DNA from: a virus
DNA: 40,112 nucleotides
Reading direction: 5' to 3' (one strand)
UHGV virus genome: UHGV-1322810
Shown here: one piece after another, positions 1 to 9,095 of the stretch
Layout: every line of letters begins with the position of its first letter
Position numbering within the stretch: position 1 is the first letter of the stretch
Notes under the pieces: generated by a model
Seen by the model: only the letters and a program-made list of their open reading frames with translations
Told to the model about the DNA's origin: nothing
Database searches by the model: none
Translations under genes and position numbers: made by a program

Positions 1-589
1 GACAAAATTCACCGCTACCTACGACAACGTCTGGTGGTGCTGTCCTGAGCATGGCTTCGAGTACAGCCAGTTGCTGTTAGCGAAGAAGAAACTGGCATCC
101 GACCGCAAGCGTAAGCAGGAGGCGCAGCAAGAACGTCGTGAGCTGAAGGTAAGAAAGGCTGCATTCAAGACTAAGGCCCAATGGGATAAAGAGGCGCAAT
201 CCGCTTTCAATCGGTATATCAGGATCCGCGATGAAGGAAAGGAATGCGTAAGCTGCGGCAGTCCTCTCATGGGAAAAAGCAACTACCTGACAGGGAGCGC
301 CATCGACGCCAGTCACTACCGTTCCCGCGGCGCTGCTTCACATCTCAAATTCAACGTGTTCAATGTTCATTCGGCGTGCACCCGGTGTAACCGGCAATTA
401 AGCGGAAATGCTGTCGAGTACCGCATTCGCCTGATTGAACGCATTGGTCTGGAACGTGTCGAGCGACTTGAATCCGACAATTATCCGCGCCGGTTCGATA
501 TCGCATACCTGCAGCGCATCAAATCCATATTCATGCGCAAAGCTCGGCAACTTGAGAAGCGCCGAAATCGTCAACAGGAGGCAGCATGA
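1..589 (+). CDS. ninG: NinG/Rap-like protein, 3' portion. The ORF continues in frame from 40063..40112 across the window junction.
   Basis: Frame-2 translation from position 2 (TKFTATYDNVWWCCPEHGFEYSQ...) resembles the lambda NinG N-terminal region (..FANQWWCSPECG..) and the rest aligns through SRIG..ESN. The last 50 nt of the window (MPSILRKQSRRSCKICK) join position 1 in the same frame. Confidence 0.8.
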   Translation, partial: TKFTATYDNVWWCCPEHGFEYSQLLLAKKKLASDRKRKQEAQQERRELKVRKAAFKTKAQWDKEAQSAFNRYIRIRDEGKECVSCGSPLMGKSNYLTGSAIDASHYRSRGAASHLKFNVFNVHSACTRCNRQLSGNAVEYRIRLIERIGLERVERLESDNYPRRFDIAYLQRIKSIFMRKARQLEKRRNRQQEAA

Positions 590-774
590 TTTTCATTTTT
601 AGCATGTACATACCAGACACATGTAAATGTCAATCATGGCTGTTATGGGACAGGCGAGAAACGTGGCGTGTATGCAAGGCGTATTACAGAGATTTTCAGC
701 TGGCCTATGAAGGATTGAGGTTTCATGAGCATATCGATGCATTACTCAAAGAGCACATAAGGGAGGCTGCATGA
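586..774 (+). CDS. Hypothetical small nin-region protein (62 aa). Its start overlaps the ninG stop (ATGA).
   Basis: ORF track; translational coupling; no recognisable similarity. Confidence 0.4.
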   Translation: MIFIFSMYIPDTCKCQSWLLWDRRETWRVCKAYYRDFQLAYEGLRFHEHIDALLKEHIREAA

Positions 775-917
775 CATTCGAATCCTACTTTGCTGATCAC
801 CTTCGTCTGCGCTGGACTCGGTTACGAATCTATCGTCACCCAGGTTCATTTGCTACGGACTACCGAATTTTACGCAATTACATCAGCCGCTATAAACCAT
901 CAGGAGCAGAAGCATGA
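771..917 (+). CDS. Hypothetical 48-aa ORF, ATGA-coupled to both the upstream ORF and Q.
   Basis: Manual translation MTFESYFADHLRLRWTRLRIYRH...; its stop overlaps the Q start at 914 (gcATGAatc). Below the ORF-track size cutoff. Confidence 0.3.
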   Translation: MTFESYFADHLRLRWTRLRIYRHPGSFATDYRILRNYISRYKPSGAEA

Positions 918-1678
918 ATCTCGAAAACACAGTGAAATACCACTTCGCGAAGTCAACGATGATTAGCGATGCTCCACGTGCAACCGCATCTGACTCATTA
1001 ACTGGTACTGACATCATGGCGGCGATCGGAATGACACAGAGCCGGGCTGCTCTCGGGTTCAGTGCATTCCTCGGGAAGATGGATATCAGCGATTACGATC
1101 GCGAGCGAGCGATTGATCTGCTGACCAAATATGCAATTGAGCACTGCGATAAGGTTGCCGCCTTACGCAAGCTTGAGAGTGATGTTAAGCCAAAGGTAAT
1201 GCAAGTTCTCGCAACTTTCGCCTTTGCTGATTACTCCCGGAGCGCCGCCAGTACCAGAACGTGCGACTGCTGCAACGGAAATAAGTTTGTCGAAGCTGAA
1301 GTAATGACGATGAAGCATATCGGACAGCCACATCTTAGCGAAAAAAGAGAGACAGTTAAGGTGCTTTGCCACAAATGCAAAGGTAATGGAGTTCTGACCA
1401 ACGCCTGCCAGTGCAATGGCAAAGGAACGGTATTAGACAAAGAGAAAACTATTCTACAGCGTGGCGTTCCTGCATATAAAACCTGTTCACGCTGCAATGG
1501 GCGTGGTTATGCCAGATTACTACCGGATAGCGTGCGTAAATACATCTGCGCAACGGTGATTGATATACCTGAAACCACATGGCGCAGGTCTTACAAGGAT
1601 TTCTTTGAAAGCCTGGTAGGAGAGTGCATCAAGCAGGAAGAGTACGCAAACCAGATGTTGAACAAAGTCACACGATAG
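914..1678 (+). CDS. Q: Late-gene antitermination protein Q (phage 82 / PF06530-like family).
   Basis: Sits between ninG and the lysis genes. N-terminal SDAPRATASDSLTGTDIMAAIGMTQS and CxxC...CxxC zinc motifs match my recollection of 82-family Q proteins. Followed by a promoter-like region and a strong terminator. Confidence 0.75.
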   Translation: MNLENTVKYHFAKSTMISDAPRATASDSLTGTDIMAAIGMTQSRAALGFSAFLGKMDISDYDRERAIDLLTKYAIEHCDKVAALRKLESDVKPKVMQVLATFAFADYSRSAASTRTCDCCNGNKFVEAEVMTMKHIGQPHLSEKRETVKVLCHKCKGNGVLTNACQCNGKGTVLDKEKTILQRGVPAYKTCSRCNGRGYARLLPDSVRKYICATVIDIPETTWRRSYKDFFESLVGECIKQEEYANQMLNKVTR

Positions 1679-1857
1679 AGAGTATTTTCTATGAAATAGG
1701 ATTTACCTAGAAAATTACACTTTACAAAGTGGCGATTTTTGTTTAATCTCGATTCTAACGATGGGTTACTGACTTCGTTGAGCGATAAAAGTTGACGCCG
1801 GAGCCGTGCAGAACTGCAAAGAGCATGGGATATAAACGAGTAATCGCACCATTCGAA

Positions 1858-1886
1858 GCCCTGAGTTAATAGCTCGGGGCTTTTTT
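1858..1886 (+). terminator. tR'-like intrinsic terminator downstream of Q and the putative PR'.
   Basis: GCCCUGAG-uuaauag-CUCGGGGC stem followed by UUUUUU. Confidence 0.8.
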
Positions 1887-2143
1887 GTATCTGCACAACA
1901 GGTAATTGCATTGGGGTGACCGGTTAATCCCGTTACGCTAACCGAAACAGGCGCAGTGCAATTATCGTTGTGGTGAATGCGCAGGCTGATGCGCTAACTT
2001 ATCAGCTAGATGGTGAGGTAAAGGCTCACCATGGCGAGGACGGGTAGTTCATTTACATGCCGGAAAGATACAGCACCGGTCACCACACACTAAATACCTA
2101 CCAGGACCATAAGAGCGAAAGCTCAACGCACCACCCTCATCTT

Positions 2144-2167
2144 GCCAGCATCGCCGCTGGCTTTTTT
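2144..2167 (+). terminator. Second intrinsic terminator in the Q-to-lysis non-coding region.
   Basis: GCCAGC-aucgcc-GCUGGC stem followed by UUUUUU. Confidence 0.7.
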
Positions 2168-2244
2168 AAAGCGCATTACCACCAAGAACCAGACCCAACC
2201 AACTCATTGCTGAATATCTGTGGCTACGGTGATTAGTGCGCTTC

Positions 2245-2275
2245 AAAAAAAAGAAAACCCGCTCAATGGCGGGCT
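2245..2275 (-). terminator. Minus-strand intrinsic terminator, convergent with the + terminators.
   Basis: Minus-strand RNA CCCGCCAUUGAGCGGG followed by UUUUCUUUUUUUU. Confidence 0.65.
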
Positions 2276-2443
2276 TCGTGAAAATGGGCGGCAAGAGACT
2301 GCGCTAACAGCCTCCTGCCTGATTTGCTCATGCCTTTAGTCACGAACAAACCACGTTACTGAGAACGTATCCTGGATTTGTTCAATCGACCATCATCCCT
2401 ATTCCTAATTTGAACAGATCCTCCTGAAGTTCTGGAGGTTGGA

Positions 2444-2680
2444 ATGAAAAATATGGCAGACAAAGTAACAACTGCCGCTGCTTACACCACATCTGGGGCA
2501 ACATTTCTGGCGGGTAGTATGTCATTAAATGAATGGCTGGCTCTCGGCGGTTTCGTTCTGGCAGTCTTTACTTTCGCCATTAATCTCCATTACCAACGGA
2601 AACGAGATCGCCGAGAAGAAAATGCTCTACGGATGCAGTACGGAGACCGGCGCAATGAGTCAAATAATCCCCCTGCTTAA
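2444..2680 (+). CDS. Class II holin, S21-like (pinholin-like topology).
   Basis: 78 aa with a weakly hydrophobic Gly/Ala/Thr-rich TMD1, a hydrophobic TMD2 and a charged C-terminus. First gene of the lysis cassette; resembles phage 21 S. Confidence 0.7.
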   Translation: MKNMADKVTTAAAYTTSGATFLAGSMSLNEWLALGGFVLAVFTFAINLHYQRKRDRREENALRMQYGDRRNESNNPPA

Positions 2681-3122
2681 CTTTGAAGAGGGTTATCGTG
2701 AGAAACCTTATATTGATACAGAAGGCTATCCGACAGTGGCTTGCGGTATCAAGATTGGCCCTAAGGGCGCTTCGTTAAGCAATTACACTTTCACCGTTCC
2801 GCGAGATGTCGGTGACGTATGGCTTGAGACATTCGTCAAAACCACCATCAGCAAGATGAACGCTAACCCCTCCATTGTTGCGGCAATGAAATCCTGTAAC
2901 CCGGCACAACGCGACATCCTGATAAGCATGGCTTACCAGATGGGCGTTAATGGCCTGGCAGGATTTAAGAATACGTTGGCAATGATCGCCGCAGGAAACT
3001 ATGCAGGCGCAGCTAACGGAATGCTATCAAGTCTGTGGGCTAAGCAAACACCTAATCGAGCTAAACGTCATGCTGAGGTTATGCGCACCGGCGAGATGAC
3101 GGCATATGCGGGGCTGCTATGA
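2655..3122 (+). CDS. Endolysin, T4-lysozyme-like (GH24).
   Basis: MSQIIPLLNFEEGYREKPYIDTEGYPTVACGIKIG aligns with the T4 E ...[23 protein letters not shown] catalytic region. Start chosen at the internal ATG 2655 (GGAG upstream) rather than the track start 2529, which would overlap the holin by 150 nt. Confidence 0.8.
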   Translation: MSQIIPLLNFEEGYREKPYIDTEGYPTVACGIKIGPKGASLSNYTFTVPRDVGDVWLETFVKTTISKMNANPSIVAAMKSCNPAQRDILISMAYQMGVNGLAGFKNTLAMIAAGNYAGAANGMLSSLWAKQTPNRAKRHAEVMRTGEMTAYAGLL

Positions 3123-3349
3123 AACTTCGACTCGTTGATGACTGGAGGCACTGGTGGAGATGGAATTCTACAAAGGTGATTCTGGCGCTGGGTGCTCTGC
3201 CGACTATCTGGTTTGAACTTCCTCAGGAATGGAAAGCTGAAATCCCCTCAAGCTGGATGCGTGTCGGTGCGATTGTCCTGATGGTTGTGGGCATTCTGTC
3301 GAGGATGACACTTCAGAAGCCACCAAAGGATAAAGGTGACGGCAAATGA
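3119..3349 (+). CDS. Small 2-TM membrane protein inside the lysis cassette (possible second holin or antiholin).
   Basis: 76 aa with two hydrophobic segments and a KPPKDKGDGK tail. ATGA-coupled to the endolysin stop, and to Rz at its own stop. Confidence 0.45.
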   Translation: MKLRLVDDWRHWWRWNSTKVILALGALPTIWFELPQEWKAEIPSSWMRVGAIVLMVVGILSRMTLQKPPKDKGDGK

Positions 3350-3633
3350 CTGAGATTCTATCGTCAGGCTGGCAATTAATCTTTGGTATCGGTGGTGTTA
3401 TTGTTGCTGTATTCGCAGCATGGTTAACTGGCCAGAGCAAAGGCGCAACAGAGGCTAAGGCTAAGAAAGATGTCGAATCAGCTAATCAGACTGCAAAACA
3501 GTCTCAAGCCGCCAGTGACAAGCAAGCCTCAATCATTAGGGTTGCCAAAGATGCAGATCAAAATAATCAGTCTCTTTCTGATGGCGCTGCTCGTAACCGC
3601 ATGCGGAAATCAAAGTACCACTTCGACGATTAA
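3346..3633 (+). CDS. Rz-like inner-membrane spanin subunit.
   Basis: N-terminal TM (WQLIFGIGGVIVAVFAAWL) followed by a charged, coiled periplasmic domain. Position after the endolysin. Confidence 0.7.
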   Translation: MTEILSSGWQLIFGIGGVIVAVFAAWLTGQSKGATEAKAKKDVESANQTAKQSQAASDKQASIIRVAKDADQNNQSLSDGAARNRMRKSKYHFDD

Positions 3634-3784
3634 ATACATCAACGTTGACTCATCCTGCACAGCATTCGGACCTATTATCACACACGGTAAAGACCCTGAC
3701 GTGATGGATGCCAGGACAGTGAAGGAAATCAACGCCCACAACGATAAGTGGGATTCACTATGCGAAAACGAGAGCGTGAAATAA
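3551..3784 (+). CDS. Rz1-like outer-membrane lipoprotein spanin (overlapped architecture, +1 frame within and beyond Rz).
   Basis: MQIKIISLFLMALLVTAC lipobox signal peptide. Starts inside Rz and extends past its stop. Confidence 0.7.
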   Translation: MQIKIISLFLMALLVTACGNQSTTSTIKYINVDSSCTAFGPIITHGKDPDVMDARTVKEINAHNDKWDSLCENESVK

Positions 3785-3960
3785 CGCTGCTCTACGGAAT
3801 ATCACTCATACGCGATGACGTTCTCAATCATCCTGAGATAACGCCAACCCTGGCTGACAGAATCATCACCTTCATACACCACTTCTTCTACATCGCATCT
3901 GCGCTTGTTATAGCGGCGTCAGGATTCGCATTCTTCATCTGGTCATCGACATTTCTGTGA
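3761..3960 (+). CDS. Hypothetical small protein with a C-terminal TM segment.
   Basis: ORF track (3748..3960), internal ATG chosen; no similarity recognised. Confidence 0.3.
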
Positions 3961-3990
3961 GTCGATGCAACACAACAACCGGAGCCAACA

Positions 3991-4233
3991 ATGGCAGAGC
4001 TAAATACCATGACCGACGAACAGAAATTCAAGTTAGAAATTTACAAGCTGGTCATGAGCCAGAATGCGGCCGCTGAAGAAGCTTTCTCCTTTATCGGTAC
4101 TGACCAATTGAAACTGGAGTTGTTCAAAATCCACTTTCAGGCAGGTGGCGCTAATTCCGATGTCACTACTCGAACGATTGAGGCTGTGCGCAAATCGAAA
4201 GAAGCGCTGGACCTGTTCACTACTGGAGCATGA
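3991..4233 (+). CDS. Hypothetical protein (80 aa).
   Basis: ORF with RBS; lies between the lysis and terminase genes. Confidence 0.45.
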   Translation: MAELNTMTDEQKFKLEIYKLVMSQNAAAEEAFSFIGTDQLKLELFKIHFQAGGANSDVTTRTIEAVRKSKEALDLFTTGA

Positions 4234-4628
4234 CCATGGCAAAGACGAAGTGGCCTAAACTTCCCCGGTTCTTCGTGCCATTGTTCCATAGCGCCAACGT
4301 ATATCTATGTCGGTCAAAAGAAGAGTGGGATCAGGCTTGCATCCATCTTGGCGTTGATAGCGGTGGCAATGAAATGCTGGCCGGAGCAACGCAGTCCTAT
4401 TGCAATACAGAAACTGGCGAGAATCTTTACCTGCTTGGCGTATTCAATGGTGAGGCGGCAACACTGGTTCATGAATGCGCACACGTTGCATTCTATGTAT
4501 GCCGTGATGTTGGCGTGACAACCTACCCAGGCGACGCTAACGAAACTTACTGCTACATGCTCGACCGCATGTTCAGCCACTTCCTGCCATCTATTCAGGA
4601 GCAACAAAATGCCGCTAAAGAAGGGTAA
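4230..4628 (+). CDS. Hypothetical protein with an HExxH motif (putative small zincin-like metallopeptidase).
   Basis: LVHECAHVAF motif at about residue 80; ATGA-coupled to the upstream ORF. Confidence 0.4.
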   Translation: MTMAKTKWPKLPRFFVPLFHSANVYLCRSKEEWDQACIHLGVDSGGNEMLAGATQSYCNTETGENLYLLGVFNGEAATLVHECAHVAFYVCRDVGVTTYPGDANETYCYMLDRMFSHFLPSIQEQQNAAKEG

Positions 4629-4743
4629 ATCCAAAAAGGTTATCGGTGAAAACATCGCAACCGAAATCAAGTCAGGAAAGAAACCTGACCAGGCTATTGC
4701 CATTGCTATGAGCAAGGCCGGCAAGAAAAAGAAAGGAAAGTGA
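4609..4743 (+). CDS. Possible 44-aa lysine-rich micro-ORF.
   Basis: Manual translation MPLKKGKSKKVIGENIATEIKSGKKPDQAIAIAMSKAGKKKKGK. Ends 3 nt before the small-terminase start. Confidence 0.25.
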   Translation: MPLKKGKSKKVIGENIATEIKSGKKPDQAIAIAMSKAGKKKKGK

Positions 4744-4745
4744 TT

Positions 4746-5390
4746 ATGCAGAAACCGGACTGGGAAAGGATTGAGGTTGATTACCGGGCCGGTGTTCTTT
4801 CTGTAAGGGAAATTGCATCTAGCCAGGGAATATCTCATACCGCCATAAACAAGCGGGCAAAGGCCGAAGGGTGGGAACGCGATCTAAACGCAAAGATTAA
4901 TGCCAAAGCTGATGCCTTGGTTTCCAAGCGAGAGGTTTCCACGAAGGTTTCCACCGGAAACTCAATTTCAGAAAAGCAGATTGTCGAAGCTAATGCGGAG
5001 GTTATCGCTAATGTTCGCATGGAGCATCGAGGAGACATAAGAAAGGCCAGGGCTCTTACAAATGCGCTGTTGAATGAGCTTGATGCTGAATGCTCTGATG
5101 TTCCGGCTCTTGAGCAACTTGGTGAGCTGCTGAGGAGAGAAGATGATAAGGGAATGGATAAGCTAAATGATCTCTACCACAAGATCATTAGTTTGCCTGG
5201 CAGGGTGAAAGCTATGAAGGATTTAGCAGATAGCCTGAAAAACCTTATCGCACTTGAACGGCAAGCTTACGGCCTGGATAACCCAGATGCAGGTAAAAAC
5301 ACCCCACTCAAAGATAAAACCGACGACGAGCTAACGCGGCGCATTCAGGAGCTAATGAATGGAAAATCTGACGCGGGAGCAAAAGCTTGA
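4746..5390 (+). CDS. Terminase small subunit.
   Basis: N-terminal HTH-like region (SVREIASSQGISHTAINKRAKAEGW). Immediately upstream of, and overlapping, the large terminase. Confidence 0.65.
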   Translation: MQKPDWERIEVDYRAGVLSVREIASSQGISHTAINKRAKAEGWERDLNAKINAKADALVSKREVSTKVSTGNSISEKQIVEANAEVIANVRMEHRGDIRKARALTNALLNELDAECSDVPALEQLGELLRREDDKGMDKLNDLYHKIISLPGRVKAMKDLADSLKNLIALERQAYGLDNPDAGKNTPLKDKTDDELTRRIQELMNGKSDAGAKA

Positions 5391-6804
5391 GTTGGTTCAG
5401 CTTCTAGAAGAGCAAAAACGACGCCAGCACGTTTATAGGTATCGCGATTACTACTCGACTCGTTATGACTGGCAAAAGAAATTTATTTCCCACACCGCGA
5501 ATTTTTCACAGGTTGCGCTGATTGCCGCTAACCGAGTTGGTAAAACTGACACTGCAACATTCATTGATGCCATTCATGCTATTGGAGATTACCCAGATGA
5601 CTGGGCAGGTCATAGATTTACGCACGCTCCACTGATCTGGTGCCTTGGTTATTCTGGTGAAAAATGCCGTGACTTACTTCAAACACCTCTAATTGGACGT
5701 AAGACCGATAAGGGATGGGAAGGTGGATTAATACCAGGTGAGCTTATCACTGGCACTGAAATCATGCAGGGAACTGCTAATGCCATGCGCTCTGTGTATG
5801 TGAAGCATAAATCAGGTGGCGTCTCCAAGATACAGTTTTGGTCTTATTCGCAAGGGCAGCATGCCTTAATGGGTGACGCAGTCGACTGGTTCCACATCGA
5901 CGAAGAGCCAAAAGATCCGACTATTTATCCCCAGGTGCTGACGCGAACCGCAACCGGTGATTCCGGTAATGGTGGTCGCGGCATTCTGACATTTACGCCA
6001 GAGAACGGGCGTACAGAGTTGGTTATCCAGTTCATGGATTCTCCTTCATCTGCTCAGCACTGCATGAACGTTGGTTGGGATGACGCGCCGCACCTGAGCG
6101 ACAGAGTCAAAGAGGAATTGCTCGCGTCATTCCCACCGCACCAGAGAGATATGCGCACCAAGGGCATACCAATGCTGGGGCATGGCAGGATTTATGATGC
6201 CAGCGAAGACCTGATCACCTGCGACCCGTTCCCAATCCCCGACCACTGGTTTGTTATCGACGGCATGGACTTCGGCTGGGATCACCCTCAGGCGCACGTC
6301 CAGTTAGCCTGGGATAGAGACGAAGATAAGTTCTACCTGACTCGTGCATACAAGGCAAAGCAGACATCGCCAGCCGAGGCTTGGTTTGCTACCAAGATGT
6401 GGGCCAATGGCATACCTACAGCGTGGCCGCACGATGGTCTGCAAACAGAGAAAGGTTCCGGACTACAGCAGAAATCGTATTACGAAGAGGCTGGCTTCGA
6501 CATGCTTCCTGACCGCGCTACGTGGGAAGATGGCAGTAACTCAGTAGAAGCTGGCTTGTTCGAGCTGTACGACCTAATGCGTTCCGGACGACTGAAAGTA
6601 TTTCGTGGGCTGCGTGACTGGTTCGAGGAATACAACTTTTACCACCGTGACGAGAAAGGCCGCATCGTGAAGATCCGCGATGACCTTATGGACGCCACCC
6701 GCTACGCATACATGATGCGCCGGTTCTCCATCCGTTACGGTGATGTAGGCAGGCCAAAAGAGAATGATTACTCAAATATTAATATTCCTTGTGGAGTTGG
6801 ATGA
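5359..6804 (+). CDS. Terminase large subunit.
   Basis: Walker A AANRVGKT, with the nuclease domain downstream. Position upstream of the portal. Confidence 0.85.
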   Translation: MENLTREQKLELVQLLEEQKRRQHVYRYRDYYSTRYDWQKKFISHTANFSQVALIAANRVGKTDTATFIDAIHAIGDYPDDWAGHRFTHAPLIWCLGYSGEKCRDLLQTPLIGRKTDKGWEGGLIPGELITGTEIMQGTANAMRSVYVKHKSGGVSKIQFWSYSQGQHALMGDAVDWFHIDEEPKDPTIYPQVLTRTATGDSGNGGRGILTFTPENGRTELVIQFMDSPSSAQHCMNVGWDDAPHLSDRVKEELLASFPPHQRDMRTKGIPMLGHGRIYDASEDLITCDPFPIPDHWFVIDGMDFGWDHPQAHVQLAWDRDEDKFYLTRAYKAKQTSPAEAWFATKMWANGIPTAWPHDGLQTEKGSGLQQKSYYEEAGFDMLPDRATWEDGSNSVEAGLFELYDLMRSGRLKVFRGLRDWFEEYNFYHRDEKGRIVKIRDDLMDATRYAYMMRRFSIRYGDVGRPKENDYSNINIPCGVG

Positions 6805-9008
6805 TGGCAGACGATAAAAAGATGGATGACTGGCATCGTAAGGCGCTATGCAACTTCGATAACGCCTACACCGCAACACAAGATATGCGCGAGCAGATCA
6901 TCGAGGCTCAACGATTCGTCAGGGTTTCAGGTGCTCAATGGGAAGGAAGCACAAACGCTGGTTACTCCTTCGATGAAGGACGCTTTGAGCATTACCCGCG
7001 ATTCGAACTAAACAAGATTGCCCGTGAATGTGATCGCATCATTGGCGAATATCGCCAGAACCGCATCAGCGTTCGATTCCGTCCTAAAGATGGTCAGGCA
7101 TCTGAGTCGCTGGCAGAGAAGATGAACGGCAAGTTCCGCGCCGACTATCAGGAAACATCAGGCGGAGAGGCTTGCGATAACGCATTCGATGATGCGGTAA
7201 CCGGTGGCTTCGGGTGCTGGCGCATGTGCGCTGACTACGAAGATGAGATGGACCCGAGCAACGAACAGCGGCGCATTAGCCTTCTGCCAGTCTATGACCC
7301 GGCTACATGCGTTTTCTTCGACCAGGACAGCAAGCAATACGACCGCAGCGATGCAACATGGGCAATGGAGATGTTTTCCATGACGCCTAAAGCGTTCGAA
7401 GCTGAATATCCTGATTCAATTGCTGCCAGCCTGAGTAAAGATGATTCAGGAACACAATACGACTGGTCTACACCTGACGCTATCTACGTAGGTCGTTACT
7501 ACGAAGTGCGCACAGAAAAGGTGAAGATTAGCGCATGGCGCAACCCGATCACCAATGCCACCGCCATTTATGACGAAGACCAGATAAAGGATATTGAGGA
7601 CGAGCTAAAAGAAGGTTCGTTCGAAATGATTGGCGAGCGTGAAGTTAAGAAACGCCGCGTGTACTGCGGTTTGCTATCTGGTGCTGAATGGCTGGAAGAA
7701 CCCAAGCGCATCCCTGGTGAACACATCCCGCTTATCCCTGTGTATGGGCGTCGAGCATTCGTTGATAACCAGGAGCGTATCGAGGGGCATGCCGCCAAAG
7801 CGATGGATGCTCAGCGGCTTGAGAACCTTATGGTTTCCATGATTGCTGACAACGCCACTCAGGCTGGCGGTGATGGGATACCGATCATTGATGTTGATTT
7901 TGTTCCTGGCCCTCTCATGGATTTTTGGGCTCAAAGGAATAAAAAAAGACCAGCTGCATTACCAATGACCAGCAGGAAAGATAAAAACGGCGCCGTTATC
8001 TCTGAAGCCAATGTCGCAGGATGGACACCGCCAACTCAAATGCCACCGGCGCTGGCCGGACTCCTGCAATACACCGGCACAGCTATCCAGCAGATCACCG
8101 GCGCATCCCAGCTTGAGAATATGCCAAGCAATGTAGCCACAGAAACAGTTGATAGCATCTTTAACCGGATGGATACGCAGTCCTATATCTACATGGACAA
8201 CATGGCGAAATCCATGCGCCGAGCTGGCGTAGTCTGGCTATCCATGGCGCGAGAGGTGTATGGCAGCGATACGCCGATGCGCATTGTGAACGAGGACGGA
8301 ACCGATGATGTTGCGCTAATGAATGGCGCGGTTATCGACCGTCAAACTGGTGAGGAGGTGGCGCTCAATGACCTGTCGCAAGGAAACTATGAGGTTACGG
8401 TTGATGTAGGGCAATCATTTGCAACTCGACGTGATGCAACGGTTAAATCGCTTCTCAGCATGTTGGCGTTGATTCCGCCGGGTACTCCTAAGCACGACCT
8501 TGTTTCATCCATGATCCTCGACAACATGGATGGTGAAGGCATCGACGACCTGAAAGAGTACAACCGCAATCAGTTGCTTCTTTCCGGTGTTATCAAGCCA
8601 CGCACACCAGAAGAGAAGCAGATGGTTGCTCAGGCGCAGCAAGCACAACAGAACCAGCCAGATCCAGCCATGGTTCAGGCTCAAGGTGTCCTCATGCAGG
8701 GTCAGGCAGAACTTCAGAAGGCACAGAACGAGCAGACTGCAATCCAGGTTAAAGCATTCCAGGCTCAGACTGAAGCGCAGGTAGCCGCGGCTAACGTCGT
8801 GAAGATCCTCGCATCAGCCGACAGCCAGCAGAAGTCCGATATCCGTGAAGCACTGAAATTACTTGGACAGTTCCAGCAACAGAGCGGAGACAATGCCCGC
8901 GCAGATGCAGAACTTGTCCTCAAAGGTCAGGCTCAGGGGCATTCGCAGCGCATGGATGTGACTAGCGTCCTTCAGAGCGCAGCACAGCAGCAAACACCAC
9001 AGCAGTAA
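6801..9008 (+). CDS. gp1: Portal protein (P22 gp1-like).
   Basis: Matches the P22 portal: EHIPLIPVYG, and the C-terminal Gln-rich barrel DPAMVQAQGVLMQGQAELQKAQNEQ. Confidence 0.9.
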   Translation: MMADDKKMDDWHRKALCNFDNAYTATQDMREQIIEAQRFVRVSGAQWEGSTNAGYSFDEGRFEHYPRFELNKIARECDRIIGEYRQNRISVRFRPKDGQASESLAEKMNGKFRADYQETSGGEACDNAFDDAVTGGFGCWRMCADYEDEMDPSNEQRRISLLPVYDPATCVFFDQDSKQYDRSDATWAMEMFSMTPKAFEAEYPDSIAASLSKDDSGTQYDWSTPDAIYVGRYYEVRTEKVKISAWRNPITNATAIYDEDQIKDIEDELKEGSFEMIGEREVKKRRVYCGLLSGAEWLEEPKRIPGEHIPLIPVYGRRAFVDNQERIEGHAAKAMDAQRLENLMVSMIADNATQAGGDGIPIIDVDFVPGPLMDFWAQRNKKRPAALPMTSRKDKNGAVISEANVAGWTPPTQMPPALAGLLQYTGTAIQQITGASQLENMPSNVATETVDSIFNRMDTQSYIYMDNMAKSMRRAGVVWLSMAREVYGSDTPMRIVNEDGTDDVALMNGAVIDRQTGEEVALNDLSQGNYEVTVDVGQSFATRRDATVKSLLSMLALIPPGTPKHDLVSSMILDNMDGEGIDDLKEYNRNQLLLSGVIKPRTPEEKQMVAQAQQAQQNQPDPAMVQAQGVLMQGQAELQKAQNEQTAIQVKAFQAQTEAQVAAANVVKILASADSQQKSDIREALKLLGQFQQQSGDNARADAELVLKGQAQGHSQRMDVTSVLQSAAQQQTPQQ

Positions 9009-9095
9009 TCAAACCTATCTCGCCATGGTCGTCATTATGAGGCCGGGCATCCTATTGCCTCCGATGGGCATAACATCGAGTAAACAGGGGTATTT

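Noticed and set aside
1163-1911. Antisense ORFs within Q (1163..1372-, 1231..1497-, 1591..1911-), and similar shadow ORFs throughout (e.g. 4314..4838-, 6344..6547+, 7568..7934-, 10623..11162-, 16752..17709, 21790..22528, 25163..25597+, 26789..27296, 36504..37178-).
   Set aside because: They lie opposite or out of frame to genes with strong homology. Their products are compositionally odd and lack RBSs. Interpreted as frame shadows.
1887-2443. Looked for tRNA genes or a stx/bor-type moron ORF in the Q-S interval.
   Set aside because: No T-arm (GTTCGAATC-like) or cloverleaf-compatible segment. Longest ORFs are about 20 aa with no RBS. Only terminators and hairpins are present.
2529-3122. Track ORF start at 2529 for the endolysin (a 197-aa SAR-type product).
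   Set aside because: It would overlap the holin by 150 nt in a different frame. The internal ATG 2655 has GGAG upstream and places the catalytic Glu at the T4-lysozyme position. The alternative is kept as a caveat in the findings.
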